A DNA stretch of 32,000 nt from Pseudomonas aeruginosa (GTDB taxonomy: Bacteria > Pseudomonadota > Gammaproteobacteria > Pseudomonadales > Pseudomonadaceae), in assembly GCF_001457615.1 (NCBI RefSeq), contig NZ_LN831024.1, positions 540,001 through 572,000 on the forward strand, given 5' to 3'. The position numbers and the translations under genes were made by a program. Shown here one piece after another: positions 1-8,625 of this stretch. Every line of letters starts with the position of its first letter. Within the stretch, counting starts at the first letter, position 1. Below the pieces are notes generated by a model that worked only from the letters and a program-made list of their open reading frames with translations, was not told the DNA's origin and made no database searches.

Positions 1-28
1 CTCCTTGCGGAAACGGCCGACGCGTGGA

Positions 29-322
29 TCAGTGGATGAGCCAGCTCATGACGATCAGGCCGAGCACCGTCCAGATCACCCCGCCGACTATCGAGCGGCG
101 CATGAAGGCGCGTATACCGCTGTAGAGCAGCAACAGGCCGAGCACCAGGAAGACGAAGCTGAACAGCGATGCGTCCATGCCGATGGCCCTGGCCAGGCCG
201 TGGAGGAAGTCGTCCATGGCGCCCCAGATGCCGCCCAGCAGGCCGGAGAGCAGGTCCACCACGAAGCGGATCGCCCTGCCCAGCATCTCGCCCAGTCCGT
301 CGAAAAAGCCTTCTGTACCCAT
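29..322 (-). CDS. small hypothetical membrane protein
   Basis: 97-aa ORF with hydrophobic segments (FVFLVLGLLLLYSGI, GGVIWTVLGLIVMSW) and a discrete start and stop. Matches the position of PA0490 from memory. Confidence 0.75.
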   Translation of the reverse strand: MGTEGFFDGLGEMLGRAIRFVVDLLSGLLGGIWGAMDDFLHGLARAIGMDASLFSFVFLVLGLLLLYSGIRAFMRRSIVGGVIWTVLGLIVMSWLIH

Positions 323-375
323 GAGTGTCCTGTCCTGAGTGTTCCCAGCGTTGGATCAGAGATTAGCCGCCGGGT

Positions 376-1302
376 TCAGCGCCGGCTGCTGCTTTGCTGC
401 GGAGCGAGGAACGACTGGCGGAAGTATTCGCGGAACGCGCGCATCCCGGCGCTCGCTTCGGTGTCGCGGCGCCAGGCCAGGCCGACGCTCATCGACGGCA
501 CCGGGTCGAGCAGCGATAGCGTCTCGATGCGTTTGCCTTCCAGCGACCAGGGCCGGTACACCAGGTCGGAGAGGATGGCCACGCCGGAGCCGTTGGCGAC
601 CATGCTGCGCACCGCTTCCACCGAACTGGTATGGAGGATCACCTGTGGCCGGTGGCCGCTCTGTTGCCAGTAGCGCAGCGCGCTCTGCCCGGCCTCGTCG
701 ACGGTGAGCATGATGTAGGGCTCGCCGGCCACGTCGGCAAGGCCCAGGTCGGCCTTCTCGCCCAGCGGATGGCGGCTGGGCAGCCACAACCGGCGCTCGG
801 AGTTGAACAGGGTTTCGGCGGCGATCCCGGGCTCGGTGAGATTGCCGGTGAGCAGCACGGCGATGTCGTAGCGACCGTCGAGGAGGCCGCGCTCGATGCT
901 GGCGCGCTCGTCCTCGAACAGTTGCAGCTCCAGTTCCGGGTACCACTGCGCCAGGCGTTGCAGGTGGTGGGGGAGGAAATAGCCCATCACGGTATAGCTG
1001 GCGGCGACCTTCAGGGTGCCTTCGACCCGGGTGTCCGGTTGCGGGCTGTTGAGCGCGTCGTCGACGCTGCGCTGGATCGAATAGGCGTGGTTGAGGAAGT
1101 GCCGGCCGCTGTCGGTCAGGTTCATGCCCTGGGCCGTGCGGGTGAACAGGGCGACGCCGAGCATGCCCTCCAGTTCCTGGATCGCGCTGGTCACCGCCGA
1201 CTGCGAGATGTTCAGGTGGATGGCGGCCTGGGATATCTGGCCGAACTCGGCGGTGGCGATGAAGTAGCGAACCTGGCGGAGGGTCAGGGCCATGGGGAGC
1301 AT
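376..1302 (-). CDS. LysR-family transcriptional regulator
   Basis: N-terminal wHTH typical of LysR (LTLRQVRYFIATAEFGQISQAAIHLNISQSAVTSAIQELEGMLGVALFTR). Divergent from the pxp cluster. Confidence 0.95.
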   Translation of the reverse strand: MLPMALTLRQVRYFIATAEFGQISQAAIHLNISQSAVTSAIQELEGMLGVALFTRTAQGMNLTDSGRHFLNHAYSIQRSVDDALNSPQPDTRVEGTLKVAASYTVMGYFLPHHLQRLAQWYPELELQLFEDERASIERGLLDGRYDIAVLLTGNLTEPGIAAETLFNSERRLWLPSRHPLGEKADLGLADVAGEPYIMLTVDEAGQSALRYWQQSGHRPQVILHTSSVEAVRSMVANGSGVAILSDLVYRPWSLEGKRIETLSLLDPVPSMSVGLAWRRDTEASAGMRAFREYFRQSFLAPQQSSSRR

Positions 1303-1419
1303 CCGGAGGAGGTATCTGTTTTTCAGAAACCAGTCTATCGAATAATAAATCTACCCAATACCTTTCCCGGCTTTTACCGTGGCTCCATCCAACAACAAGA
1401 CAGATGAGGCCTGCGGGCA

Positions 1420-2178
1420 ATGACTGAAGTCGACCTCAATTCCGACATGGGCGAAGGCTTCGGCCCATGGACCATCGGCGATGGCGTGGACGCGGCGATC
1501 ATGCCGCTGATCAGCAGCGCCAACATCGCCACCGGTTTCCATGCCGGCGACCCGAGCAGCATGCGCCGCACCGTGGAGATGGCCGCCGAGCATGGCGTGG
1601 CCATCGGCGCCCATCCGGGCTTCCGCGACCTGGTCGGCTTCGGGCGTCGGCACATCGCCGCGCCGGCCATCGAGCTGGTCAACGACATGCTCTACCAGCT
1701 TGGCGCACTGCGCGAATTCGCCCGGCTGCAGGGCCTGTCGCTGCAACACGTCAAGCCCCACGGCGCGCTCTACATGCACCTGGCGCGGGACGAGGTCGCC
1801 GCGCGCCTGTTCGTCGAGACCCTGCAACGCCTGGAACCGGAACTGCTGCTCTATTGCATGCCCGGTTCGGCCACCTGGCGCATCGGCCGGGAACTGGGCC
1901 AGCCGCTGGTGCGCGAGTTCTACGCCGACCGCGACTACGACCGCAGCGGCTCCATCGTCTTCACCCGGCGGGTCGCCGCCCTCGATCCGCAGCAGGTCGC
2001 CGACAAGGTCCTGCGCGCCTGCCGCGAGGGCAAGGTGCGCACCGTCGAGGGCGAGGACCTCGACATCGCCTTCGACTCGGTGTGCATCCACAGCGATACC
2101 CCCGGTGCCCTGGAGCTGGTCGCCAGCACCCGTGCGCGCCTGGAGGGCGCCGGCATCCGCATCAAGGCGCCGCGTTGA
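1420..2178 (+). CDS. pxpA: LamB/YcsF family protein, 5-oxoprolinase subunit A
   Basis: 252 aa starting [22 protein letters not shown], with GFHAGDP and [10 protein letters not shown] signatures. Adjacent to pxpB/pxpC. Confidence 0.93.
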   Translation: MTEVDLNSDMGEGFGPWTIGDGVDAAIMPLISSANIATGFHAGDPSSMRRTVEMAAEHGVAIGAHPGFRDLVGFGRRHIAAPAIELVNDMLYQLGALREFARLQGLSLQHVKPHGALYMHLARDEVAARLFVETLQRLEPELLLYCMPGSATWRIGRELGQPLVREFYADRDYDRSGSIVFTRRVAALDPQQVADKVLRACREGKVRTVEGEDLDIAFDSVCIHSDTPGALELVASTRARLEGAGIRIKAPR

Positions 2179-2254
2179 GCGCCGCTCGCCTCGGCGAGCC
2201 TCGCGACAAGCTTTTCTGCCATTTCCTACAACGTTCGAATAATGAGGATTCGTC

Positions 2255-2503
2255 ATGGCCGAACATAACGTGCAGTCCCCCTTGCCCGGCACCTTCTATC
2301 GCAAGGCCAGCCCCGACGCGCCGCCCTACGCGGAGGTCGGGCAGGCGGTCGAGGCCGGCAGCGTGATCGGGCTGATCGAGGTGATGAAGCAGTTTTCCGA
2401 AGTGCAGGCCGGGCAGGCCGGCATACTCCAGGCGTTCCACGTGGAAGATGGCGAGGCCATCGAGCCGGGCCAGGTGCTGGCGGTGATCGCCAGCGCTACC
2501 TGA
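2255..2503 (+). CDS. biotinyl-domain carrier protein (AccB/BCCP-like)
   Basis: 82-aa protein with PLPGTFYRKASPDAPPYAEVG...VIGLIEVMKQFSEVQAG. The biotinylation-type motif EVMKQ has its Lys at codon 45 (nt 2387-2389). Confidence 0.9.
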   Translation: MAEHNVQSPLPGTFYRKASPDAPPYAEVGQAVEAGSVIGLIEVMKQFSEVQAGQAGILQAFHVEDGEAIEPGQVLAVIASAT

Positions 2504-2513
2504 GGAGGATGCC

Positions 2514-3890
2514 ATGCACAAGCGACTGAACAAGCTGCTGGTGGCCAATCGCGGCGAGATCGCCGTGCGCATCATCCGCGCCGCGCAGGCACTGGGCATT
2601 CCCACGGTAGCGGTGTGCAGCGAGGCGGATCGCGATTCGCTGGCCGCGCGGCTGGCCGATGAGGTACGCCTGATCGGCCCTGCGCGGGCCGACCGGAGCT
2701 ACCTGGATATCGAGGCGATTCTCATGGCGGCGCGGGAAACCGGTGCCGACTCGATCCATCCCGGCTACGGTTTCCTCTCCGAGAACCCCGCCTTCGCCGA
2801 AGCGGTGCAGGCGGCCGGCCTGGTCTTCGTCGGTCCGGAGGCGCAGACCATCCGCCGCATGGGCGACAAGGCCGAGGCGCGGCGTACCGCGATGGCCGCC
2901 GGGGTGCCGGTGGTGCCGGGCTCGCCCGGCGAACTGGGCGACCTCGACGCGGCGCTGGCCTGCGCCGAAGAGGTCGGCTATCCGCTGCTGGTCAAGGCCT
3001 CCGCCGGCGGCGGCGGGCGTGGCATCCGTATCGCCCACGACGCCGACGAACTGCGTCGGGAATTCCCCATCGCCCAGCGCGAGGCGCAGGCCGCCTTCGG
3101 TTCGCCGGCGGTGTACCTGGAGCGCTTCATCCGCCAGGCACGGCACATCGAAGTGCAAATCCTCGGCGATGGCGAGCGCGCGGTGCATCTGTTCGAACGC
3201 GAATGCTCGCTGCAGCGGCGGCGCCAGAAGGTCTTCGAGGAGGCACCTTCGGCGGCGCTGGACGGCGCGCAGCGCCAGGCCCTCTGCGAGAGCGCGGTGC
3301 GCCTGGCGCAGAGTCTCGGCTATCGTGGCGCGGGCACCCTGGAATACCTGTTCGACGCGCACAGCGGCGAGTTCTTCTTCATCGAGATGAACACCCGTAT
3401 CCAGGTCGAGCATCCGGTCAGCGAGATGGTCACCGGCATCGACCTGGTCCAGGCCATGCTGCGCATCGCCGCCGGCGAGGCGCTGCCCTGGCGCCAGGAG
3501 GACATTCGCCTGAACGGCGCGGCGCTGGAGATGCGGATCAACGCCGAAGACCCGGCGCGCAATTTCTTCCCCAGCCCCGGCACCGTGGAGCGCCTGGAAT
3601 GGCCGCAGGGCGAGGGCGTGCGAGTGGACAGCCACCTGTATCCCGGCTACCGGGTGCCGCCCTACTACGATTCGTTGCTGGCCAAGCTGATCGTCCATGG
3701 TCGCGACCGCGACGAAGCGTTCGCCCGCGCGCGCCAGGCGCTGGAGCGCACCGTGCTGGCCGGCATGGCCACTACCCTGCCGCTGTACCGCTGGCTGCTC
3801 GCCGATGCGCGGGTACAGGCCGCGCAGTTCGATACCGCTACCCTGGAAACCTGGCTCGCCGAGCGGACCGCCGCCGCGCAGGAGGTTTGA
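2514..3890 (+). CDS. biotin carboxylase (AccC-like) subunit
   Basis: 458 aa: LNKLLVANRGEIAVRIIRAA, IHPGYGFLSENPAF, KASAGGGGRGIR, FIEMNTRIQVEHPVSEMVTGIDLV. Confidence 0.95.
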   Translation: MHKRLNKLLVANRGEIAVRIIRAAQALGIPTVAVCSEADRDSLAARLADEVRLIGPARADRSYLDIEAILMAARETGADSIHPGYGFLSENPAFAEAVQAAGLVFVGPEAQTIRRMGDKAEARRTAMAAGVPVVPGSPGELGDLDAALACAEEVGYPLLVKASAGGGGRGIRIAHDADELRREFPIAQREAQAAFGSPAVYLERFIRQARHIEVQILGDGERAVHLFERECSLQRRRQKVFEEAPSAALDGAQRQALCESAVRLAQSLGYRGAGTLEYLFDAHSGEFFFIEMNTRIQVEHPVSEMVTGIDLVQAMLRIAAGEALPWRQEDIRLNGAALEMRINAEDPARNFFPSPGTVERLEWPQGEGVRVDSHLYPGYRVPPYYDSLLAKLIVHGRDRDEAFARARQALERTVLAGMATTLPLYRWLLADARVQAAQFDTATLETWLAERTAAAQEV

Positions 3891-3891
3891 G

Positions 3892-4770
3892 ATGCATGCC
3901 AACATCCGCTACAGCTTCGGCGGCGACGAGCACCTGTTCGCCGAGGTCGCCGAGTCCATGTCGCTGGAAGCCTTCTTCCGCGGCATGGCGATCACCCGCG
4001 CCATCGAGACCCTGCAATTGCCCGGGGTGCTCGACGTATGCCTGGCCAACGCCTCGTTCCAGGTCCGCTTCGACCCCGACCGGCTGGCCCCGCAGGCGCT
4101 GCTGGAGACCGTACGCGGCCTGGAAGCCGAGGCGGTCGCCGCGCGCAGCATCGAGACGCGTATCGTCGAAGTGCCGGTGTTGTACAACGATCCCTGGACC
4201 CACGAGACCCTGATGCGCTTCCGCGACCGTCACCAGGACCCGGACTCCACCGACCTCGAGTACGCCGCGCGGATCAACGGCTACGCCGACGTGCAGGCGT
4301 TCATCCAGGCGCACAGCGGCACGCCGTGGTTCGTCTCGATGGTCGGTTTCGTCGCCGGCCTGCCGTTCATGTACCAGATGGTCGAGCGCGAGCGGCAGTT
4401 GCAGGTGCCCAAGTACCTGCGTCCGCGCATCGACACGCCGAAGCTGACCCTCGGCCACGGCGGTTGCTTCGGCTGCATCTATTCGGTGCGCGGTGCCGGC
4501 GGCTATCAGATGTTCGGCGTGACTCCGGCGCCGATCTTCGATCCCCGCCAGGGCCTGCCCTATCTCGAGGAATCGATGGTGTTCTTCCGCGCTGGCGACA
4601 TCGTCCAGTTCCGCCCCATCGAGCGGACCGAGTACGAGCGCATGGCGGCCGAAGTCGAAGCGGGCACATTCGACCTGCGCATCCGCCCGGTGAGTTTCGA
4701 TCTCGACGCGTTCCTCGCCGATCCGCGAGGCTGCACGCAACGTCTGCAGGAGGTGCTGTATGTCGATTAA
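3892..4770 (+). CDS. pxpB: 5-oxoprolinase subunit B / KipI-AHS1 family
   Basis: ATG at 3892 preceded by GGAGG. The protein MHANIRYSFGGDEHLFAEVAE...PLPFMYQ / PRIDTPKLTLGHGGCFGCIYSVRGAGGYQMFG fits the AHS1/KipI family. Confidence 0.88.
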   Translation: MHANIRYSFGGDEHLFAEVAESMSLEAFFRGMAITRAIETLQLPGVLDVCLANASFQVRFDPDRLAPQALLETVRGLEAEAVAARSIETRIVEVPVLYNDPWTHETLMRFRDRHQDPDSTDLEYAARINGYADVQAFIQAHSGTPWFVSMVGFVAGLPFMYQMVERERQLQVPKYLRPRIDTPKLTLGHGGCFGCIYSVRGAGGYQMFGVTPAPIFDPRQGLPYLEESMVFFRAGDIVQFRPIERTEYERMAAEVEAGTFDLRIRPVSFDLDAFLADPRGCTQRLQEVLYVD

Positions 4771-5737
4771 GGTGCTCAAGCCCGGCCTCGCCACCTCGGT
4801 GCAGGACGCCGGCCGCGAAGGCCACTATCACCTGGGCATCCCGCCGTCCGGCGCGCTCGACCAGTATGCCCTGCGCGCGGCCAACCTGCTGGTGGGCAAC
4901 GCACCGACCGCCGCCGTGCTGGAGTGCGCGCTGCTGGGTCCGCAGCTGGAGTTCCAGCGCGACGCCCTGGTGGCCGTGTGCGGGGCGCGCATGACGCCTC
5001 GCCTGGAGGGCGCGGAGATGCCGCTGGATACTTCCTTCCGGGTTCGCGCCGGGCAGGTCCTGGGGTTCGACTTCATCCGTGCCGGCGCCCGTGGCTATCT
5101 CGCCATCGACGGCGGCATCGCGGTACCCGAGGTGCTGGGCAGCCGTTCGACCTACGGTCTGGGGGCGATCGGTGGCTTGCAGGGACGACGGCTGGCGGAG
5201 GGCGACCTGCTGCCCCTGGGGCCTGCCTCGCCCTCTGCCGTGGAGGGCTTGGCGCTGCCGCGTTCGCTGCAGGTGGAGGTCGGCGGCGAGGTGAGCTTGC
5301 GGGTGGTTCCCGGGCTCTACGTCCATCGCCTGACCCCCGACGCGGTCGAGCGTTTCTTCGCCGAGACCTGGACCGTCGGTTCGGAGGCGGACCGCACCGG
5401 CTACCGCTTCAAGGGCGGCACGGCGCTCCGGTTCGAGCCGCGCGAACAGCCATTCGGCGCAGGCTCGGACCCGTCCAACATCGTCGACGCCTGCTATCCC
5501 ATCGGCTCGATCCAGGTACCGGGCGGGCTCGAACCCATCGTCCTGCATCGTGATGCGGTGTCCGGTGGGGGATATGCCACGCTGGGCACGGTGATCAGCC
5601 CCGACCTGAACCGGCTGGCGCAGATGCAACCGAACCAGAAGGCGCGTTTCGTCGCCGTCAGCCTGGAGGAAGGTCTCGAGGCGCGTCGCCGTTACAACTG
5701 GCAAGTGCAACGACTCCAGCACTTCTTCCTGCGCTGA
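4760..5737 (+). CDS. pxpC: 5-oxoprolinase subunit C / KipA-AHS2 family
   Basis: 325 aa: IKVLKPGLATSVQDAGREGHYHLGIPPSGALDQYALRAANLLVGN. Overlaps the pxpB end by 11 nt. Confidence 0.93.
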   Translation: MSIKVLKPGLATSVQDAGREGHYHLGIPPSGALDQYALRAANLLVGNAPTAAVLECALLGPQLEFQRDALVAVCGARMTPRLEGAEMPLDTSFRVRAGQVLGFDFIRAGARGYLAIDGGIAVPEVLGSRSTYGLGAIGGLQGRRLAEGDLLPLGPASPSAVEGLALPRSLQVEVGGEVSLRVVPGLYVHRLTPDAVERFFAETWTVGSEADRTGYRFKGGTALRFEPREQPFGAGSDPSNIVDACYPIGSIQVPGGLEPIVLHRDAVSGGGYATLGTVISPDLNRLAQMQPNQKARFVAVSLEEGLEARRRYNWQVQRLQHFFLR

Positions 5738-5746
5738 GTCGATACC

Positions 5747-5773
5747 GGGCCGCTTCGGTCTGCGAAGCGGCCC
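5747..5773. terminator. strong hairpin at the convergent pxpC / fimbrial cluster junction
   Basis: GGGCCGCTTCG-GTCTG-CGAAGCGGCCC, an 11-bp perfect stem with 5-nt loop between two convergent stop codons. No clear T-tract. Confidence 0.55.
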
Positions 5774-5780
5774 CGGGCGG

Positions 5781-6782
5781 TCACTTGTAGTAGACCTCTA
5801 TCGCGGCGGTGGCGTTGAAGGGGCCTGGCGTTGGAGTGCCCGTCATCCACCTCACCTGGGCGAGGAAGTTTCTTATGACCACCAATTGGTTCTGGCTATT
5901 GGGCACCAGTACGAACTCCTTGCCGATATCGATGATGCTGCGGTCTTCCTGCTTGAGAAGTCGGATTCCCACGGACTTGTTGTTGTTATCCAAAAGAGTG
6001 TCCGAACCCCACAGGGAGGTGCTGCCGGAGGGGAGGAACATCGCGTTCAGGCCATAGGCGCTGCTGCAGTTCTTATTGGCGGTGACGCTGAACGGAAGTT
6101 CCTTGAGGATCTGGTCCCGGCTGGCGAAATAGGCCTGCAGGCTTTGGAAGTCGACGGTTTTTGGAGAAAGGCTGATTGTGGACGCGCAGGCGACGTAGCG
6201 AAGGTTATTCAAGCCGTGGAGGGTCATGCGGAAGTTGTACCCCCCTATGTTATTGATAGCGCTCTCGCCATCGAACTGGAAAATCGGGTAGGCGTTTACC
6301 CCTGTGATAGGACCTTCCTTACCGGTACTGGGACCTGCCCGCTTGGAGAGAAAGAAGTTGAAGTTGACGGTCATCTTCTTCGCCCTGCCTTCGCAACCTC
6401 GTCCCGTCCAGCAACCATCGAAGTGCATGCCGATCTCCTTTCGGCACTTGTCGAGTGTCGAGCAGCGCAGGTCTTCGCCGTTCAGGTTGATGCCCACCTC
6501 CAGGTCCGAACCCAGCGCGCCCTGACCGGTTGGACTCAGGTAGAAATAGACCTGCTCTGGCCCCCAGTCGCGATCCTGGAAGCAAGTGATCGATATGGAG
6601 TAGTTCGGAGACCGCCAGAGTACGGTGTCCTTGGGGAGGACCGATGGAACAGCGATGCTCGTATCGATGTAGACATAATCTTCGGTTTGCTTGTTGTCCG
6701 ATTTCCAGCACATCAAGGCGAAGCTTTTCTGCGACAGGACGAGCAGCATTGCGACAAGCATGTAACGGATGAAGGCATTCAT
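5781..6782 (-). CDS. two-domain fimbrial tip/adhesin-like secreted protein (hypothetical)
   Basis: 333 aa from MNAFIRYMLVAMLLVLSQKSFA (signal peptide). Multiple Cys residues. C-terminus GPFNATAAIEVYYK resembles the terminal beta strand of chaperone-usher subunits. Encoded with a pili chaperone. Confidence 0.75.
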   Translation of the reverse strand: MNAFIRYMLVAMLLVLSQKSFALMCWKSDNKQTEDYVYIDTSIAVPSVLPKDTVLWRSPNYSISITCFQDRDWGPEQVYFYLSPTGQGALGSDLEVGINLNGEDLRCSTLDKCRKEIGMHFDGCWTGRGCEGRAKKMTVNFNFFLSKRAGPSTGKEGPITGVNAYPIFQFDGESAINNIGGYNFRMTLHGLNNLRYVACASTISLSPKTVDFQSLQAYFASRDQILKELPFSVTANKNCSSAYGLNAMFLPSGSTSLWGSDTLLDNNNKSVGIRLLKQEDRSIIDIGKEFVLVPNSQNQLVVIRNFLAQVRWMTGTPTPGPFNATAAIEVYYK

Positions 6783-6829
6783 GGGGTTCTTCTGCAGGTT
6801 GTTAATCGATTCTTGTTTTTGCAGAGCAT

Positions 6830-6852
6830 GCCGCGCCTGTTGCAGGTGCGGC
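6830..6852. other. inverted repeat between the two paralogous fimbrial genes
   Basis: GCCGC-g-CCTG-TTG-CAGG-t-GCGGC: 9 paired bases with one internal mismatch. Confidence 0.5.
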
Positions 6853-6862
6853 CTAGCGGTCA

Positions 6863-7866
6863 CTTGTAATAGACCTCTATCGCGGCGGTGGCGTTGAACG
6901 GGCCTAGAATGGGTCTGCTCGTCATCCACCTCAGTTGGGCGAGAAAGTTCTTCGTCACCGTCGTCTGGGTTGGGGCGTAGGGAATGAACTCGAACTCCTT
7001 ACCGATACTGATGACGCTGCGATCCTCATTGAGGAGCCTGATGCCCACTGTTGGATTGTCCTTGGCCAGCAACGTATCCGTGCTCGACAGGGTGGTATTG
7101 CTGGCGGGAATGAACATAGCGTTCAGGCCATAGGCGCTGTTGCAGCTCTTATTGGCGGTGATGCTGAAGGGAAGTTCTTTGATGACCAGATTCTGTGCGG
7201 CAAATTGCGATTGCAGTATCTGGAAGTTGAGGGTTTTTGGAGAAATGCTTAGCGTGGAGGTGCAGGCGACGTAGCGGAGGTTGTTCATGCCAAGGGCATA
7301 CATACGTAGGTTCCGGCCCCCCAGGTTGTTGATGCCTCCCACTCCATCGAACTGGAACAGTGCGTAGGAGTTTACGCCCGTGATGGGACCTTCCTTGCCG
7401 GGAGTGGGGCGGCGAGTTTGGAGAGGAAGATCTGGAAACGGACCTGCTTGGTCTGAGCCATGCCTTCGCATCCCCCCCGTCCTCCTGTCCAGCAACCATC
7501 GAAATGCATGCCTATCTTCTGCCGGCAGCCGGGGAGCGAGGAACAACGGAGGTCCTCGCCGTTCAGGTTGATGCCCACCTCCAGGTCCGAGCCCAATGCG
7601 CCCTGGCCGTCCGGACTGAGATAGAAATAGACGTCCTCAGGTCCGGTGTTTTCGCGCTCCTGGTAACACCTGACGGAGAAATCGTAGGTTGGAGAGCGCC
7701 AGAGCACGGTGTCCTTGGGCAGAGCCGAAGGCACGGCGATGCTCGTGTCGATGTTGACATAGTCGATCGTTGCCTTGTTGTCCGCTCTTTCGCAGGTCAG
7801 CGCATAACCTTTCTGCGCCAACGCAACCAGCATTCCCACAAGTAGTGTTCGGGTAATTGCATTCAT
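6863..7866 (-). pseudogene. paralog of the 5781..6782 gene, split into two overlapping frames by an apparent 1-nt deletion
   Basis: ORF 7372..7866 (MNAITRTLLVGMLVALAQKGYALTCERADNK...FQIFLSKLAAPLPARK*) aligns to the first half of the downstream paralog. The minus-strand ORF whose terminal region starts near 6860 continues with TPGKEGPITGVNSYALFQFDG...GPFNATAAIEVYYK and aligns to the second half. Adding one base to the G4 run at 7406-7409 joins them. Confidence 0.75.
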
Positions 7867-7881
7867 GGTGTATTCCGGGCC

Positions 7882-8625
7882 TCATGGGTGTTTGGCGTTG
7901 GTCTCTACGCCTGATTTCAATGCGCCGTGATAAGGGTGGAGGTTCCCTCCGTCGCTGACGATCGCGTAACGCACTTTGTCGGGATGGCAGGCGGCGATGT
8001 CGAACTGGTGATTGGAGAAGGGCGCCAGCATCAGGTGTTCGATGGCTTCGCCGCAGCTCCGCTCCGATGCGTCGAGGAACTCCAACTGGCTGAAGGTGAT
8101 GTGGTAGGGCGAAGGATTGTGTGCCTTCGGATTGCCGCTGGTGCCGAGCGTCCACGTCACGCCCTCGTTCGCCTGCTCGACGGTGGCTTCCAGGGGCGGC
8201 CGATAGAACAGCTTGAAGCGATGGCGTAGGGCGATCTGCAGGGTCTCGGGAGTACTGGGCGCGTGCGGCACGTCCAGCACGCTCAACAGCAGGTAGGTCT
8301 CGCGGTCGGTGGGCAGGCCCTGGCCCTGGTAGAGCACCTCTACCTTGGCCCGCTGGCCGGCGCCCAGGCGGAGCAGCGGCCTGGACACGGCGAAGGGCAG
8401 CGCCTGCCCCTTGCCGTCGGTACCCCAATCCAGGGAGATTTCCGCCAGGGCCGGCTCCTTGCCCTCGTTGACCAGCGTGATCGGCAGGCGCTTGCCTTTC
8501 ATCACGAAACGGTTCTGGCCGTCGAACGAGAGATCGGCATGGGCGGACATGCACAGCCAGGCGAATATCGATGCAAGAACCATCCGAAGCCAACTTCGGA
8601 CCTGGAAGAGGCGCTTTCCATTCAT
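7882..8625 (-). CDS. periplasmic pili assembly chaperone (PapD/FimC-like)
   Basis: Signal peptide MNGKRLFQVRSWLRMVLASIFAWLCMSAHA, then GQNRFVMKGKRLPITLVNEGKEPALAEISLDWG...FAVSRPLLRLGAGQRAKVEVLYQGQGLPTDRETYLLLSVLDVP, the usual chaperone beta-strand G1/F1 pattern. The ORF is open upstream to 8757, so a start there is possible. Confidence 0.85.
   Translation of the reverse strand: MNGKRLFQVRSWLRMVLASIFAWLCMSAHADLSFDGQNRFVMKGKRLPITLVNEGKEPALAEISLDWGTDGKGQALPFAVSRPLLRLGAGQRAKVEVLYQGQGLPTDRETYLLLSVLDVPHAPSTPETLQIALRHRFKLFYRPPLEATVEQANEGVTWTLGTSGNPKAHNPSPYHITFSQLEFLDASERSCGEAIEHLMLAPFSNHQFDIAACHPDKVRYAIVSDGGNLHPYHGALKSGVETNAKHP

Noticed and set aside
5-673. 222-aa plus-strand ORF at the left edge
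   Set aside because: Overlaps the small membrane protein and LysR gene antisense, with Gln/Glu/His/Ala-rich sequence typical of a spurious frame.
2496-3905. 469-aa minus-strand ORF opposite the biotin carboxylase gene
   Set aside because: Mirror ORF of a strongly conserved gene and not a plausible protein.
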